Shown here: positions 10,933-24,101 of the stretch, piece after piece
How positions within the stretch are numbered: position 1 is the first letter of the stretch
How the letters are laid out: every line of letters begins with the position of its first letter
Source of the DNA: Peribolospora baueri
Lineage: Eukaryota
Direction of reading: 5' to 3'
Length of the DNA stretch: 64,000 nucleotides
NCBI GenBank assembly: GCA_029717555.1
Contig: JAMDHS010000007.1
Location: 1-64,000 of the forward strand
Made by a program: the position numbers and the translations under genes
Notes under the pieces: model-generated
The model's database searches: none
What the model was told of the DNA's origin: nothing
What the model saw: only the letters and a program-made list of their open reading frames with translations

Positions 10933-12879
10933 ATGCCTCCCGTCCCAGAGGCTTCATCATCTTCCTCTTCCGCCTTCGCCGCTCCTCCTGCTTCCACCTG
11001 GAGCACCTACGCCTCCGCCGCCCTTACCCCCGCTCTCCTTCGCATTCTCCACGCCGCCGCCTTCTCCCACACCTCTTCCTCCGCCCTCGCCGTCCTGCAC
11101 GACGTCCTCGAGCGCTATTTCGCCCTTCTTGCTTCCTCTGCCGTCGAGTATGCAAATTTCTCTGGAAGGGCACACCCGGCCGTTGCCGACGTTTTTTGCG
11201 CTTTGGAGGAGGCAGGCACAACATGGGACGAGTTGAGGAGGTGGCTTTTGGAAGGCGATGCAGCCGAGTTGACACGTTATGCGGACGCAGAGATGACAGA
11301 ATTGGGCAGGCCTCTGAGGGGTAAGTCGGTCACTATTTTGAATCTCACTTCCCTCTCCTTACGTCTTAGAGGCTAGCTAATTTGATCATACACTTGCCCT
11401 CCGTTTTCGTCCCGAATATTTCCAGACTCGCTCTCTCTATCTCGGCCTTCCGCCGATCTGTCCTTATTCCCCCAACTCCACTATCTCGCCGCATCTCCAG
11501 ATACGTTTGCCCGTCTCTCCAAACTAAGGGATGCGCGGGATTTTCAAAGTCATCCTCAAAGCCCTTCTCAAAGTTCTTCTCAAACCCCTTCTCCAAGTCC
11601 TCCTCCAAGCCTTTCTTTAAGCCCTCCTCCAAGCCCTCCTGATGTCGCGAACGGTGCCGTTTCTTCTCCACCTTCGGTACAAGGCGATCGACGGTGGAAG
11701 CGTCGTCGCTTTAACCCTCCGGATGCTTCGGGTCGTCCGAACGGTGTACGAATGCGCACACGGTTAGCGGAGTACATCCCTTCTCACTTGCCATCTTTAC
11801 CCGGAGACACTTCGGACTCGGACGGCATCGACGAAGATCCCAGCGCTCCGCCTCTGGTCCTCCGCCCACCACCAGAGGTTTCTGTCCCCGCTGATGTTCC
11901 AAGACCAAAGCGAAACCCATACTTCGAAGCGGTCACATGGGAGCGATCATCGCTTTCGGGGATCCAAGACCCAACAGACCTACCTTCCCTCACTCCACGC
12001 ACCACTTCCCCGCCGCTCGCACCCCTTGTCTCAACCCGCCGGCGTACGACGATGCCCATCTTCGCCCGTACCTACCACGCCCTCTCCACCGACTCTTCCC
12101 TGCTTCCATCTTACCACCCTTCCAATGCATATGATCCCACACACTCCAAAAAGCGCCGTCTGGCAGCCGCTCTGGCCAATCCGGACCGGTACACCCCCGC
12201 GGATTCTCTTTTTGCAAACGTACCAGTCGGACCAGGCGGACACGGCACGATCGTACCGGGCCCAAACTACCTTCTCGGCGAACTCACGGAGGAAGCTGTC
12301 CTCTCCGGAGGTGCAGCGATCGATCTCAAACCATGGCCTTCCTACTCCCCCGTTTTAGCCGGTCTCCCAGCCTCGGGCATGCTCCAGCCCACGCTAGCCT
12401 TCCGTACTCCAGGATCACTCCTTGGTCCGCTCGTGCGTCCGCTGATAAACAGCGCGGCGGCGGCGATGGCGAGCACGGGGGGGCCAGGCGGCACGGGAAC
12501 GGGCATGACGTCGGAAATGGACAACAGAGCCGGTTACGCCCTCCTCCGCCGGCTCACGCGCCTCGAGCCTCCGGCACTGCTGTCAGATGGGGATCATCCG
12601 CTAGTGTACCACGGTCGCACCGTCCCGCCGCCTCCGAGTCACGTTTCCAGCGTGCCCGTCGTCAATCCGTCCTGGCGCGGCAAGGGCGGTGAGGTGGGTG
12701 GCGGGGAGAAGGAGGAGGAAGAAACGGAAGTGGATGCGGACGGAAAGAAGAGGAGGAAGAAGCACGACTCCAAGACAGGTGGGCCAGGCACGCTGGTGTA
12801 CTCGTGGGACTGGACGAGGAAGGACGCGTCGGATCCCGAGTTGCCTGGACGCAGGATACGCGCCGTGAGGGAGGAGTGA
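10933..12879 (+). CDS. Bromodomain-associated (BTP) histone-fold protein, TFIID subunit TAF3/TAF8-like
   Basis: LLRILHAAAFSHTSSSALAVLHDVLERYFALLASSAVEYANFSGRAHPAVADVFCALEE histone fold; one intron (~11320-11424); QSPS-type repeats; YIPSHLPSLP motif; open to TGA 12879. Confidence 0.8.
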
Positions 12880-14223
12880 GCGATGATGGTGTAGCGTCTG
12901 GTGCGGAATACATATTGAACATCCAGAGCAGTCATCTGCTCGTTTGTCGTCCACTAGCTCTCCACCCACCGCATAGCCTACAAAGGCCTTCTCCATCCAA
13001 CCTCGTGCATCCACCATGCCTATCTAACCAGACTCACTTGGATGACAGGACGGCTGGCTCGGAGATCGTGATCACCCCCAACCTGCTGCAACGGCCACTA
13101 TTTCCAGCGACAGGAGTCACGTGTGACGCAGCTAAGACGCTGCAGTTCATTAAACTAGCGGTCTCGCTTGATAACCCGGCTAGGGACGATCAACTCTCAC
13201 GTGTCTCCTTCCTGCAGCGCCAGTCCGTCATACTTTCCCCATCGAGCCGTCGCACTCGCACGTATCCCGCACCTGCAAACATCAGAAGCTTCTTTCTGGT
13301 TCCTCAAGGCATTTTTACTTGACAAAATCTGTGACCACACGCTGTCCTATGGCCCGTCCCCGTTGCGTTGTTGCAGGCTCTGACTCTGCCTCTTGGTCCG
13401 GTCAAACAGACCGATTTCAAATCGGCGAGCGTCGCAGCGGACGCGAACCCTTGCTCTAAGTGCCTACAGAATCTCGACAAGGCGCTCAGCTCCGAGTTCA
13501 ACGTTGGCCTCGGGAAACCGGGGAGGTAAAGGAAGGATAACCGGCGTCGCCGTCGTCCATATCGTCCTGCTCCACAAGACGTCTGTGAATCGGTTGGTCG
13601 CTAAAGCGTGAGACCGACCGTTCTTGAGCAAGAGAGAGGAGAGCGTCGGTGACAGTCGCCGTTTAATCGTCCTTTCGATTTTTCTCTCGCTCGCCACTCT
13701 CCTCGGCTGAAGCAAACGCACATACGTGCGCAGACAGACAGATTTCAAGTTGTTGACCGCTCCACAGAAGGAAGAGGCCAGGGAAACCTGGATGTACGTC
13801 GATACGCGAGCTGGAACAACGCCAACTTTTTGGCTAGCGCGACACCGGATGGATTCTCAGGGCGCCCAAGAAGACTGGACGCCGGCGCTTCACCGGAAGG
13901 CCCCTCGAAGCAAGTCTACCTTTTTTCCACTCGATGGATGTGTGTGCAGCTGAACGTGAATCCGTTCCACCCGGACGGAATCCTGCCGGAGCGCTTAAGC
14001 TCTGAGCCTCGAATGCCGAATAGCGCTCCATTTTTAGAAAGACATGGAGGCAACAGGCGTCCCGAAACAAGAGGACTGGTGCGCGCAAGACTAAGCACAT
14101 CATGCACGTCCAAAGTCTCTTCGCGAATGGTATACGTTGAGGAAGGAAGAGCAGATCCGACCTGGAGGTGGACTGCCGGCGTGAAGCTAGATGGCGAGCT
14201 GGGAATCACATCCCATCGCTCCA

Positions 14224-17200
14224 TCAAAGCGCAATACGATCGACACCTTTCTTCACCCTCCCCAGGAGGTCCCTCGCTACGTCCCTCGCCGCCTCCCCAG
14301 CCATCTGCGCGCCTTCCTGAAACTGCTCTGTCGCACCTCCTCTTGATCCTCTGGATCCTGAGCTATTGCCGCCCGCGCCGCTGCCACCTCGACTGCCGAC
14401 GGAAAGGTTGACGTTACCGAGCTGGAGCTTCAGCCCTGGGGCTGGGTTGGAGAGGGCTGAGGAAGGTGGAGAGAGCATGGAGGAGGGGAAGCGCCTGGCG
14501 GCATCCGTGACCATATCCAAGAAGCTATTGGGGGGTCACAAAGAAAGAAGACGTGGGTTGCCAAATAGGGTCATGAATGATCCGGTTATTACCTGCAAGT
14601 TGGCTCATGAGACGCTGGATGACTCGCACCTTCTCGAGTTATGAATGCTCGTCCCGCCCAACAAGAACCGCGCTCCCGCTCCCGGGCCGTTGGCGCCCTG
14701 TTGATTGAGGAGAGCAATCGTTCGCGCCTCTTCGAAGGTCGCGCCGCCGATGATGAAGACAATCACGTCTTGTGGTCTGCCGTCCAAGTCATAGATTGAG
14801 GAATACATGAGTATGCGCGACAGGAACCGAAGACAGAAGGAGGTATTTAGGAGCACAAGCGAAGCTTGCTTGCTCGTCCGCTCGGCCAAAATGCTCACCG
14901 CTGCAAACCGATGTTGGGTTGGCTATCGAGGAAAGGATAACTTGTATCCTTGAGGCGACCCTTCATGAGCAACTCGATCGTCTGCGCCAGATGCGGCGAG
15001 TGTTGCGTGAAGACGTTCTCCACCCCCTGTGGCCCAACGCATGTGCCGGTTCGAACATCCATCGTCATCGCCGGTAAGAGTGGTTTCACGACACGATGGA
15101 ATGCGCTTGAACAAACAAACAAAGCCCACCTTCAAGCCTTTCAAAGCACTCCTTCCTCGGGAGAAAAAGTTCTGGTTCGCAAAAAGGTCGTCTTGTCGCT
15201 GCTCCGCGCCAGCAAAATTGAGCATGATGAAGACCAGCTGACAATACGGACGGAATTCGAGGTGACCGGTCAGCCTCGAAAGGCGGACGTCTAGACTTTG
15301 ATTAAAGTTGTCTCAACGCGATAACGCTATCGACTCGACTTACCAACGCCCGAGCCTCGTCAACGCCGTTCTTGAGCAGCTGCTCGACTATGCTCGGTAT
15401 CGCATTGCCTTGCATCTTCTGATAGCGCAAAGCGTAGAGGATCGCTAGTCGCGTCTTGGCCTCAGGAGACACTTCGGCGTCGGAAATGAGGGTTTGGACG
15501 CTCTGGGCAGTGAAACAGATGAGCACAGCCAGCCAAGTCGATAGCAGACTTCGAGCAACAAAGCTGAAAGCAATCTCACCTTCAAATCTGTCGCATGGCT
15601 CTCATTGCTTGCCAAACTCTGCTCCACCTCGGATACTTCGAGTAACTTCTCCTTCTCCACAAGCCTACTCAGCTCTCCCACCAACGTAACATGCTTCGAC
15701 ACGTTCCCACCCAACTTCCTAAACTCGGGATACTCCTCGACAAATCGCTTCATGTCGGCGATCGTCTCGAGCTTGTTAGAGTTGTGCGCTTGTGTCCGCT
15801 CTTGGTAGTCCGCCACGTAGCCTTGCAAAGCCGCGCCGAGGTCTCCGAAGTTAGCGTAGAGATTAGATGAGAAGAAGGGATCTTGGGAGGTGGAGAGAAC
15901 GATTTCCTGCAGGCCGGTTTTGACAATGATAGCAATACCGCATCAAGGAGGGATGTCATTAACTCGTGGAGGAAGCTCTTCTCAGACTCTTGGCGCCCTC
16001 TCACTCGAAGCTCTGGCCTAATGTCCGGGCTCCCACTGAGATCGACCCGTCCGTTATTGATACCAATCAGCTCGTGTGCCATCGCCTGATATGTCCACTG
16101 ACTCAGCAGCGGCGTCACCGGGTCGTTGCGTCGGTCGAGGATAAGCAAGAGCGGCGGTACGTCTGTCCTGCGGAACTCAAAAATAGATTGTTCTTGTTGC
16201 ATTCGAAACTTGTTCGAAAAAGACCACAGTCCCCCAGTCCCCATGGTAAGGGCGACGACGGCGAAATGGTCAGCTTGAGAGACAGTGACAAGCTGCCTGT
16301 GCCAGCTTACCTGAAGTTCGCCCCCTAGTTTTTTAGCCATCGCGCTCATCTTCTCATACCGGATCGTGGGTTTCTTCTTCAGGCTGAGCAAGAGAGCCAC
16401 CAGACCCTGTATGCTCCTCTCGAGTGCCACAGGGTCCCATACATTGGGTGTCTCGCCATATAATCGTGCAGGAGGGGCATTGAGGTTGAGGGAGAAGAAG
16501 GAAGATGTGGAGATAACGTAGTCGGCAAAGTATTCCTAGATTTAATAGAATGGCAGCAGCGTACTATGAGCTCAATCGCGCGGTCAGATCTCAGGGACGA
16601 TTAGCCGGACATAAAAAACGCACTTGCACTTCCTTGACGACTTCGTGCTCGTCCGCCTCGGCTAACCGCTCAATGGCCGACTTCTTTAAAATGTTGCTGA
16701 AGTCTTTGCAATGAAAAGAGGAGCACTTCCGGAATGAGTCTCTGGCACTGAATTCCAAAGCAGCATTTAAAGAAAGTAGTTGTCGGCAAGTGGGAATTTG
16801 GCGCACGAGGCACTCACAGAGATGGTACTCTCCGTACTTAGGCTCTTTGAGCTCCTGAACGATGGACTCAATGCTATCGTTCGATGGTCGCAAGAACGCA
16901 ATGCACTTGAGATGCCGCATCCTATCTCTCGCCAGGTTGTCCACCCGATCCGTCAGGTAGACCTCGTGTGAGAGCAGAGACGACTGCGTGCTGGCCGTGG
17001 AGATGATGGGCGTCTATGAGAGCAAGGGAAGGGTAAAGGGGATAGAACAAACAGGGTGTACGGTAGTTACGTTGAAGTGAGAAACCTGTAGCATGTCTTA
17101 TGCGTAACTTATGCTACCTAATACGCCTAGGTTTCTAGGTCGCTCGCTGTTTGCTCACTCACCGTTTCAGAATCGAGTAGCAAGACCTTCATCCCACGAA

Positions 17201-17252
17201 CGTCCGTGCACATCTTCTCGATGTACACGGACACCGCCTTCTGGACGTCCAT
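14224..17252 (-). CDS. VPS45: Sec1/Munc18 family vacuolar protein sorting protein 45
   Basis: MDVQKAVSVYIEKMCTDVRGMKVLLLDSET|TPIISTASTQSSLLSHEVYLTDRVDN...RMRHLKCIAFLRP; LLLILDRRNDPVTPLLSQWTYQAMAHEL; ENVFTQHSPHL; DVIVFIIGGATFEEA. Confidence 0.96.
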
Positions 17253-17728
17253 GGATACAAAAGCTTACAAGCAGCCTGGCAAAGGGTGTGGCGACGGAAA
17301 AAGAGTAAGTCACGAGATGGAAGTTGAGGAGCTGGAAAGTCTGGGCGAGTTTCAGCTGATGCAACTGGGTGCGTGCTGCACACCGCCCAGCGCGCACGTG
17401 ACATGCCCGAGATAAACGAGATGAATGCCGGACGATCATCTCCTGTCTTCCTCCATCCCGACGTGGACGCTCTGCCTGGACTGGCTAGCTGAATTCCTTC
17501 AAACGCTACTACACGGGATTCAGTTGACATGTAAAGTACGTCTGTTTCTCAGCAAAGCGGCGTCACACCGAGCCGTTCTCGCGTCGACGCTGTCCAGCCC
17601 ATCTTGCTGATCGCATAACGTGCCGATCACTCCTTCCTCCAGTCGGACGTACTCCACCGACAACGACAAATTCAACCGGTTCCTCGACAGCGTTTCCATC
17701 CGCCAATTCCCGTCATACTCAGTTCAGG

Positions 17729-20700
17729 ATGACGCCCGTCGAGCCCGTCTCCCTGTCCAGCGGCTCCGACGAGACCCTCCTTTCGCTTCTCGCCCACATG
17801 CACACCGCCATCTCGTCCCTCCTTCCTCGAGACCGTCCAACGACTTCTCTCGCTGATTCTTCTTCTGCTCGCCGGAACAGCCCTGAAATCACACCATCAG
17901 CCTCCCTACATCAGTTTAATGACACATCTGGGACCCACACCACCGTATTAGGCAAGCGTCAACGAAGCTCACCCTCGGCGCAAGGGAGCGGCAGAGGTCA
18001 GGCAGAAGTGACCGTAGTGCAAGACTTCCGGGACTCAGTGGCAAAGCTTCGCCGCTCCATCAGTTTGTTCTCTGAGGAGGCATCCCTGAGAAATACGTTT
18101 GTTGACGGTAGGGGAGGTGTCGGCTCAAGCAGCGCCGTGCTGGACAAGTTCGCGAGCCTGATGAAGGAGCGCTCCATTCACGAGTCTGCTCTACTGCCGA
18201 TCGCCCACCTGATTGGAGAGGGAAGGGGACAACGTTCGGAGGGAACAGAGTCGACAGAGGGGTGGGAGGAGATGAGCCGAGTTGCAGCATTAGGCGATGC
18301 TTCACCCGGAGGACGAGCAGCCGTCGGGGCTCTGCCCTGGGTCGCCGGCGTCATCGGTCGGCGCTCCAAATACGATCAGCCCTTTATCGACCCCAACACT
18401 CCATTTTCTCTGCTATCACTCTCATCGATTGGTGATGACAGCTCCGGAACCGACGCACTCGACTCCATTGCCTCTTCGTTAGAAGGTGTCGCTCGATCTC
18501 TTGGTATGGAGACCTTCCGAGACCAAGGCGCGCAGAAGCAAACGCTCATGTTGGGATGTAAGATCCTGGTCGTCGACATCGATCTGGAGCAAGCCCAAGA
18601 GAAGACGGTAGGACACCCACCACCGGCAGCGGTGGTCAAGCTCAAGATTTCGTATGCCTTGCCATCCGCTTCCACTTCGAACGGATCCAACTCTCCGCCG
18701 CGGGACTCACGGCTGGACGCATTGCTGCTAAAAGATGTTCGCCAATTTGCAAACCTTGTGTTCGACGTCGAAGCATTAGGATCGCCGGCAGTCACAGAGC
18801 AAGACAGTCGTGCACTCCGCGCATCTAGACATCTGTCGCGGTTCGCTCGCAATTTGGCTTTTCTCGTCAAGCTCGATGAGCTCACCGCCAATTCGATGGC
18901 TCGGTCTCTGGCACCGTCTACGACGAATTCGAGCGATGCTCATACAGCACGAACCGATTGGTTCGCAGCATTGGAGAGCTTTACGACGTCTGTGGAAGCG
19001 GTGTTACAGCAGGAGCAGGACGCCATCGCCGCCGAACAAGTCGACCCGAGAGCTCAGGACAGGCAGCGTCTCCTGCGCGGTCACGGCCTCAGCACGAGCT
19101 TTGAAGAAACACCTTACCTCTCAATCACGTATTGCGACAATATGGCTGTCTCTTCGGAGGTCGTTTCCCGGGCCGGACGCTATTCGCTTTGGGTCGACGT
19201 AGAGGAGGTGGCGACGGAAGATGAAGTTGATGGTCGTGTCACGACGAATGAGAAGCCGGAGCCGGAAGCGGTTCCTACCTTCTCCCTGCTGTCCGAAGAG
19301 AATAGGTCAAAAGTTGGTGACGCTGTCAAATCGGCGTCCGCTCCCAATGGAGCTATGACCTTCATTGCCCACCTTTCTCCGCCCATTGTGGTTCCCAAAG
19401 GGATCGCACGGTCACTAGCTCAAGTCGTTAGGCCTTCGAATCTCAACGTATCCGGATCTGAACAATTGGCGACAGGCTCGGCAGCGATGGACAAGAAGTC
19501 ATGGAAAAACGCCGAGGTTCCGCGTGTGATCGCCGACATGAAGCGGCAACCCAGCTCAAGATTTACTGGCCTGGGAGTGCCTAGGACTGAAGGCGGATCA
19601 TGGATTGAGATGTTGCTTATGGATGGGAACCAGGGCCTACAGGAAGGCTCCGTGTCTGTGGAGACCGAACATGGCTACGTCAGTATGGCCTCCTTTCACT
19701 GCTTCTAGCCCTTATTGGCTCCTTATCTACTTCACCGCTTCCATTATTCCCTTTCGGGCAGCGCGTCACACTCTCTTCTCCTCCAGCCCTGCTCCGCACG
19801 GCACCCGCGGCTGGTTTCCTCATCGAGCGGCTCCCTTTCCGAGACGCTTCTCAGTTGTTCAGGATAATCGAGGTGCTTGCTGAAGCCAAGATACATTATG
19901 TCTTCGCAGGTCTACTTTATTGACGTCTCTGCTTTGTCTAGATTCTGAAACAGCAGGTTCTGGCAAACGAACTTCTGACTGGCGTTCTCCGCCGGCCCAT
20001 GCAATCAAACAAAGTCGTTGCGGAACCCGATGGGGGCTCCACCTCTGATGATGAGAAGGACTTGACGCTCACGGCCTTGCTGGCGGGTAAGTGTTCCAGC
20101 GAAGAGTCATGCGTTCCTATGCTTTGCTCTTGCGGCTGAAATTTGTTGTATCATTCGGCGCAGGAACTGGGTCAGGAGACCGTGAATCGAACCCTTCCGC
20201 CACCGTGTCGGTCTCATTACCACCTCTCTCGACTTCGCACCAACCTGCAACAGTGGTGCACCTCTCTACACCTCTTTCATCTGACGCAAGGTCGCTTCCC
20301 TACACAGTCAATCTCTCCGTTGCTCCCAACGAGGCGGCACCATCAGGCTGGTCGGTTGGCATCGATCTGCGCGACCCGACGGGCAAATTGCACGCATCGA
20401 CCAAGGAAAAGACCGTCAATGATGCTTGTACGAGTTCCGAAAGTGAAGCGGCCACTATTATGGGCACCGGCGCCGGCTTGGAGGATCTCCTCGGGTGGGT
20501 GCGGAAGCGCGGTTGGGGCGTAGGCGATCCTTTTACCGGGGTTGTCCAACAAGAAAGCGCGGACGTCAAGACCGAGGACGTGGACATGGAGGAAGCTGGG
20601 GAAGCTAGGCATTGGGAAGAAGCCATCAACGAAGGGGCTGGGGCACCCCTTCTGAACGTCGACTTGGCGCCGACGGTGCCTGTGTCTGCGCCAGCGACAG

Positions 20701-20930
20701 AGGATTCTAAGGCTCGTACGTCTGTCACCCGTCGACGCAGCTCTCGGAATCCGAGTCTTTCCAGCGGAGTAGAGTCGCCCACGGAAGCCTTTGACGGAGC
20801 TAGCAGCGCACTGCGCTCGCGCAGACGCGGTTCGGGCAGATCTGCTGAGGAAAATGATTCGGGTGGCGGAGTCGGTAGGAGTATCAGCCCAGACGAGATG
20901 AGGAAGAAGAGCGCGCGACGAAGGCGGTAG
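17729..20930 (+). CDS. MED1: Mediator of RNA polymerase II transcription subunit 1 (probable)
   Basis: 659-aa first exon containing LEGVARSLGMETF...TLMLGCKILVVDIDL and FARNLAFLVKLDEL, as I recall for fungal Med1; short introns ~19.68-20.16 kb; last exon ends TAG 20930. Confidence 0.7.
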
Positions 20931-21112
20931 AAGGATGAGCGGTGCCTCTCGTGAGTGGCCAGGTTTATGTGTCGGCTCACGGTTCTCGCCGGTCGTCATA
21001 TCCACAAGCATTGGTTGTTCTGCACATGCCGCACACACCCCATCGTCACCCGCTCGAGGAAACGATGCAACGTTGTGACAATTGCAATCGAATTCATTCT
21101 TCAATCTACTCG

Positions 21113-23586
21113 TCAATGAAGGTCTGATTCAAAGCGACCGCTCTTCCGTTCTTCGTCTTCCGCATCCATTCTCTCTTCGCGTGCCCTCTTCGCGCGGAGG
21201 ACGTCCCCTAGCCTTCTGGTTACGTGGCTGAAGAACGACTCGAAAGCTGCCCTGTCCGCGCCTTCTGTCCACCAGCAGAAGAGAGAGAGACCCCGTGAAG
21301 GTTCTCCTGCTTCTTGGATGGGCATTGATCCTCCTGACACGTCTGAACGGGAACCTTTCCCATCTCTAATCCAGAAGCGACACCGCAAGAGCGGCCCCTT
21401 GCCCTCCGGTGATGTTTGAGGTTTCGGTGCTTCCTCTCCAGTGGCGACGGCCCTCGCCTTCGCCCGCCGCGCGGCGCGAGACCAGGTGTTGGTCCACACG
21501 CTCACCTGTACCCATGCGATGTCTGAGCGCTCCCAGTCCGGTGCATATTGCTCGTCAACCGAAGGTGAAGGTTTTGAGCCGCTCTCAGGTAGCGAACTCA
21601 AGGGAACCTCCACGTCGTCTATGCCGTTCAAAGCATTGAGGAGCTGCCGATGGAGAATCTCGACGGAAGGTGCAGTGGAATAGGTGCGCGAGAAGACGGT
21701 CGTGGGGGGCAGGTGCTTAGAGAGAGTGCGGCTGCGGATCTGGGTAAGAGACTACTCAGGAGAGTACGGAGAACGTGAGAAGTCACTTAGCGCCTCCCAC
21801 AAGTGATGGAGGCGGAAAGTTCCTAAGCGCTCGTTGAACCCACATCCGGTAAACGCCTCAAGCCGAATGACCAAACGACGGCCCAGCGTTTGGTGACCCC
21901 TTGGACCAGCTCGGTGATCCCGTAATTGTCGATTCCATGCGAGCGCATGTGTTCGATGAGTACTGAGACGGTGGAAAGCTTACCGACGAGGGAGGTGAAC
22001 CAGCTGACAGGATCACGGAGGAGGATCGATCGACCAAAGCTGATAAGGCACAGCGCGAGATGTTCAAGGGAAGCACGAGCACGCACCTGACGCGGTCCTT
22101 GAGTTCCATGCTCTCGTCGATCATGCGCTTCACGAAGGCAACTTCCCCGCCCGGGGTGATCATCTCAACTTGGGCTCCGGTGCACACCTGGACAATGCAC
22201 AAAAAGGAAGAGAATGAAGAGAATTACATTGTTTAGCGTGATAAAGAGGAAAAGAGATGTCTAATGAAAAGAGACTCGCAGCATTGGCCCCGAGCTGCTT
22301 GCGTTCGGCGCTCTGCTCCATGTCTTCGACGCTTGAGTAGAAGGGCGGGTTGCACATAGAAAAGTCGACTCTGACCACCACCCGTCGTCCGGTGCCGCCG
22401 CGCGGAGTCAGCTTTCCTGCACAGTGAGATGTAAGTTTGATGACGTCGCATGGTAAGTTGGCTCACCGTTGCTTGCCGTCAAAGATATCAGGAGCAAATA
22501 TGGGACCGTTGGGGTCAACGCGCACGAGTCGCACGCGGCCGGTGAGAGCGTTGGTAGAAACGTTCGCGCTAGCGGAGGAGAGCGAGTCATCGTCGATGTC
22601 TAATTGACTCAACAGTGGACAGAGTTCAGCAATAGGGGTGTCAGGGCGGGCGCCGGTTAGAGATGTCGTGTCGCGGCCCTGAAGTGTCCTCACCGGTTGC
22701 GACGAATTGTAGATTGGGTGACATCCGGCATCCAAGAAGGGGGTAGATAGCCACTGCTCCGGTGCCACTTAGCGGCGTTGAGGAAGACGAGGTCATGGAT
22801 GGTCAACGGAGGCGAATTTGGGCCTTCACGCACGCTCATCTTAAAAAGTGCAGGTGACCACTTACATGTCCAGAGCGTTGACGGTATCCTCATGGTCAAA
22901 GGATGGGGTGCAATGGGAGCCTGTACCTTCGTAGGCATAATCCCTTTCCCCTGTCCTTGTCCTTGCCTCTCTGGACGCAGCCACAATGTCCAGACACCAG
23001 AGGAGGTAGTCAATCCTACCGGAGTGAGATGACGTTTCGGATTAGGGACGGCTTGAAAGTGCGAGATAAACTAGTGGAGTAAGGAAACGCACCGATTTGG
23101 TACCTAGCAGACCGCACGAAAAGTTTCGGCCGATCAACAGAAAGGAACAGGAGATGTAGAATAACAAGCATGACATATTCATTAGTCTCTCCACATCTGG
23201 TGTCGGTTAGCCGAACCACTCGCCATGGCCAACGGAGTAATCAGCTCAAGGATAAACGTCGTGTGGCCTACACACCGCCGGGCAAAGTCTGTCCTCGCTC
23301 AGCCGTACGCGGAGATCAAAGTCCCGGGCGAGCAAGGTGCGCGTGAGCTCGCGGGAGGCATCAGGTTTTTTGAAGTCGATGGTCGGGCTGCCTCCCGCAT
23401 TAACAAACAAACTGAGAGATGATGGATGGGAAGAGCCCAGCAAGCAGATGTGAGGGAGTATGATCGAACAGGTGACGACAAGGAGGACAGAGGGTACGGT
23501 ACGCACTACTCTCCAAACTCGGGGAACTCGCGGCCGAGCTCAGCAAAGTCGGGGCGGCGAGCTGCGTACGGGTTGCGAGGGTGCAT
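21113..23586 (-). CDS. METTL16: METTL16/RlmF-family RNA m6A methyltransferase (U6 snRNA methyltransferase)
   Basis: MHPRNPYAARRPDFAELG; TIDFKKPDASRELTRTLLARDFDL...LCPA|VPNR|IDYLLW; LDI|GTGAVAIYPLLG (SAM binding); FSMCNPPFY (catalytic NPPF); TPGGEVAFVKRMIDES; WFTSLVGKLS. Confidence 0.95.
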
Positions 23587-23822
23587 GTGCGATTGAGTAG
23601 AGGGACGTCGATGGCGAGCGTGGAGAATAGCTACGATATGGGCCGGCTGCGGCGATGGTCGGTTGGTCCGTGCACCCAGTAAAGGGAAGCACTTCTAAGC
23701 TCTTCGCACTAGACGTCAATCATCTCTCTTTCTTACCACCAACTCTTCCATAGCAGCCCGTCTGATCGCTTCCACCACACCGTCGTCACCACTGGTGCAA
23801 GCACAAATGAGGAGGGACCGTC

Positions 23823-24101
23823 TCGCCGTTTTACCACAGAGCAACCTCAGCCGCAATCCGAGGACATACCCCCCTCCTCGCACGTCATTGCCAACCACCA
23901 AACGAGCCGAGACTGTAATGTCCGTATGCCCTTCCTCTCTCTCCGATCGCCAGCAGTGGTCCGACCGCCAGCAGTGGAATGGAGAGAGAGGAAGGGCATA
24001 CGGACATTACAGTCTCGGCTCGTTTGGTGGTTGGCAATGACGTGCCAGGAGGGGGTATGTCCTCGGATTGCGGCTGAGGTCGCTCTGTCGTAGAACGGCG
24101 A
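23823..24101. repeat. Long near-perfect inverted repeat (arms ~122 bp, loop 36 nt); foldback/MITE-like or hairpin-RNA locus
   Basis: 23823-23944 is the reverse complement of 23981-24101 with about five differences. The loop contains CGCCAGCAGTGG twice. Confidence 0.95.

Noticed and set aside
11555..11640. 12-nt repeats giving GLEE/SKPF ORFs
   Set aside because: The real frame is the QSPS/PSPP low-complexity linker of the TAF-like gene.
23836..23842. ACAGAG in the hairpin as a METTL16 substrate motif
   Set aside because: It is ACAGAGC in a paired stem, not UACAGAGAA in a loop.
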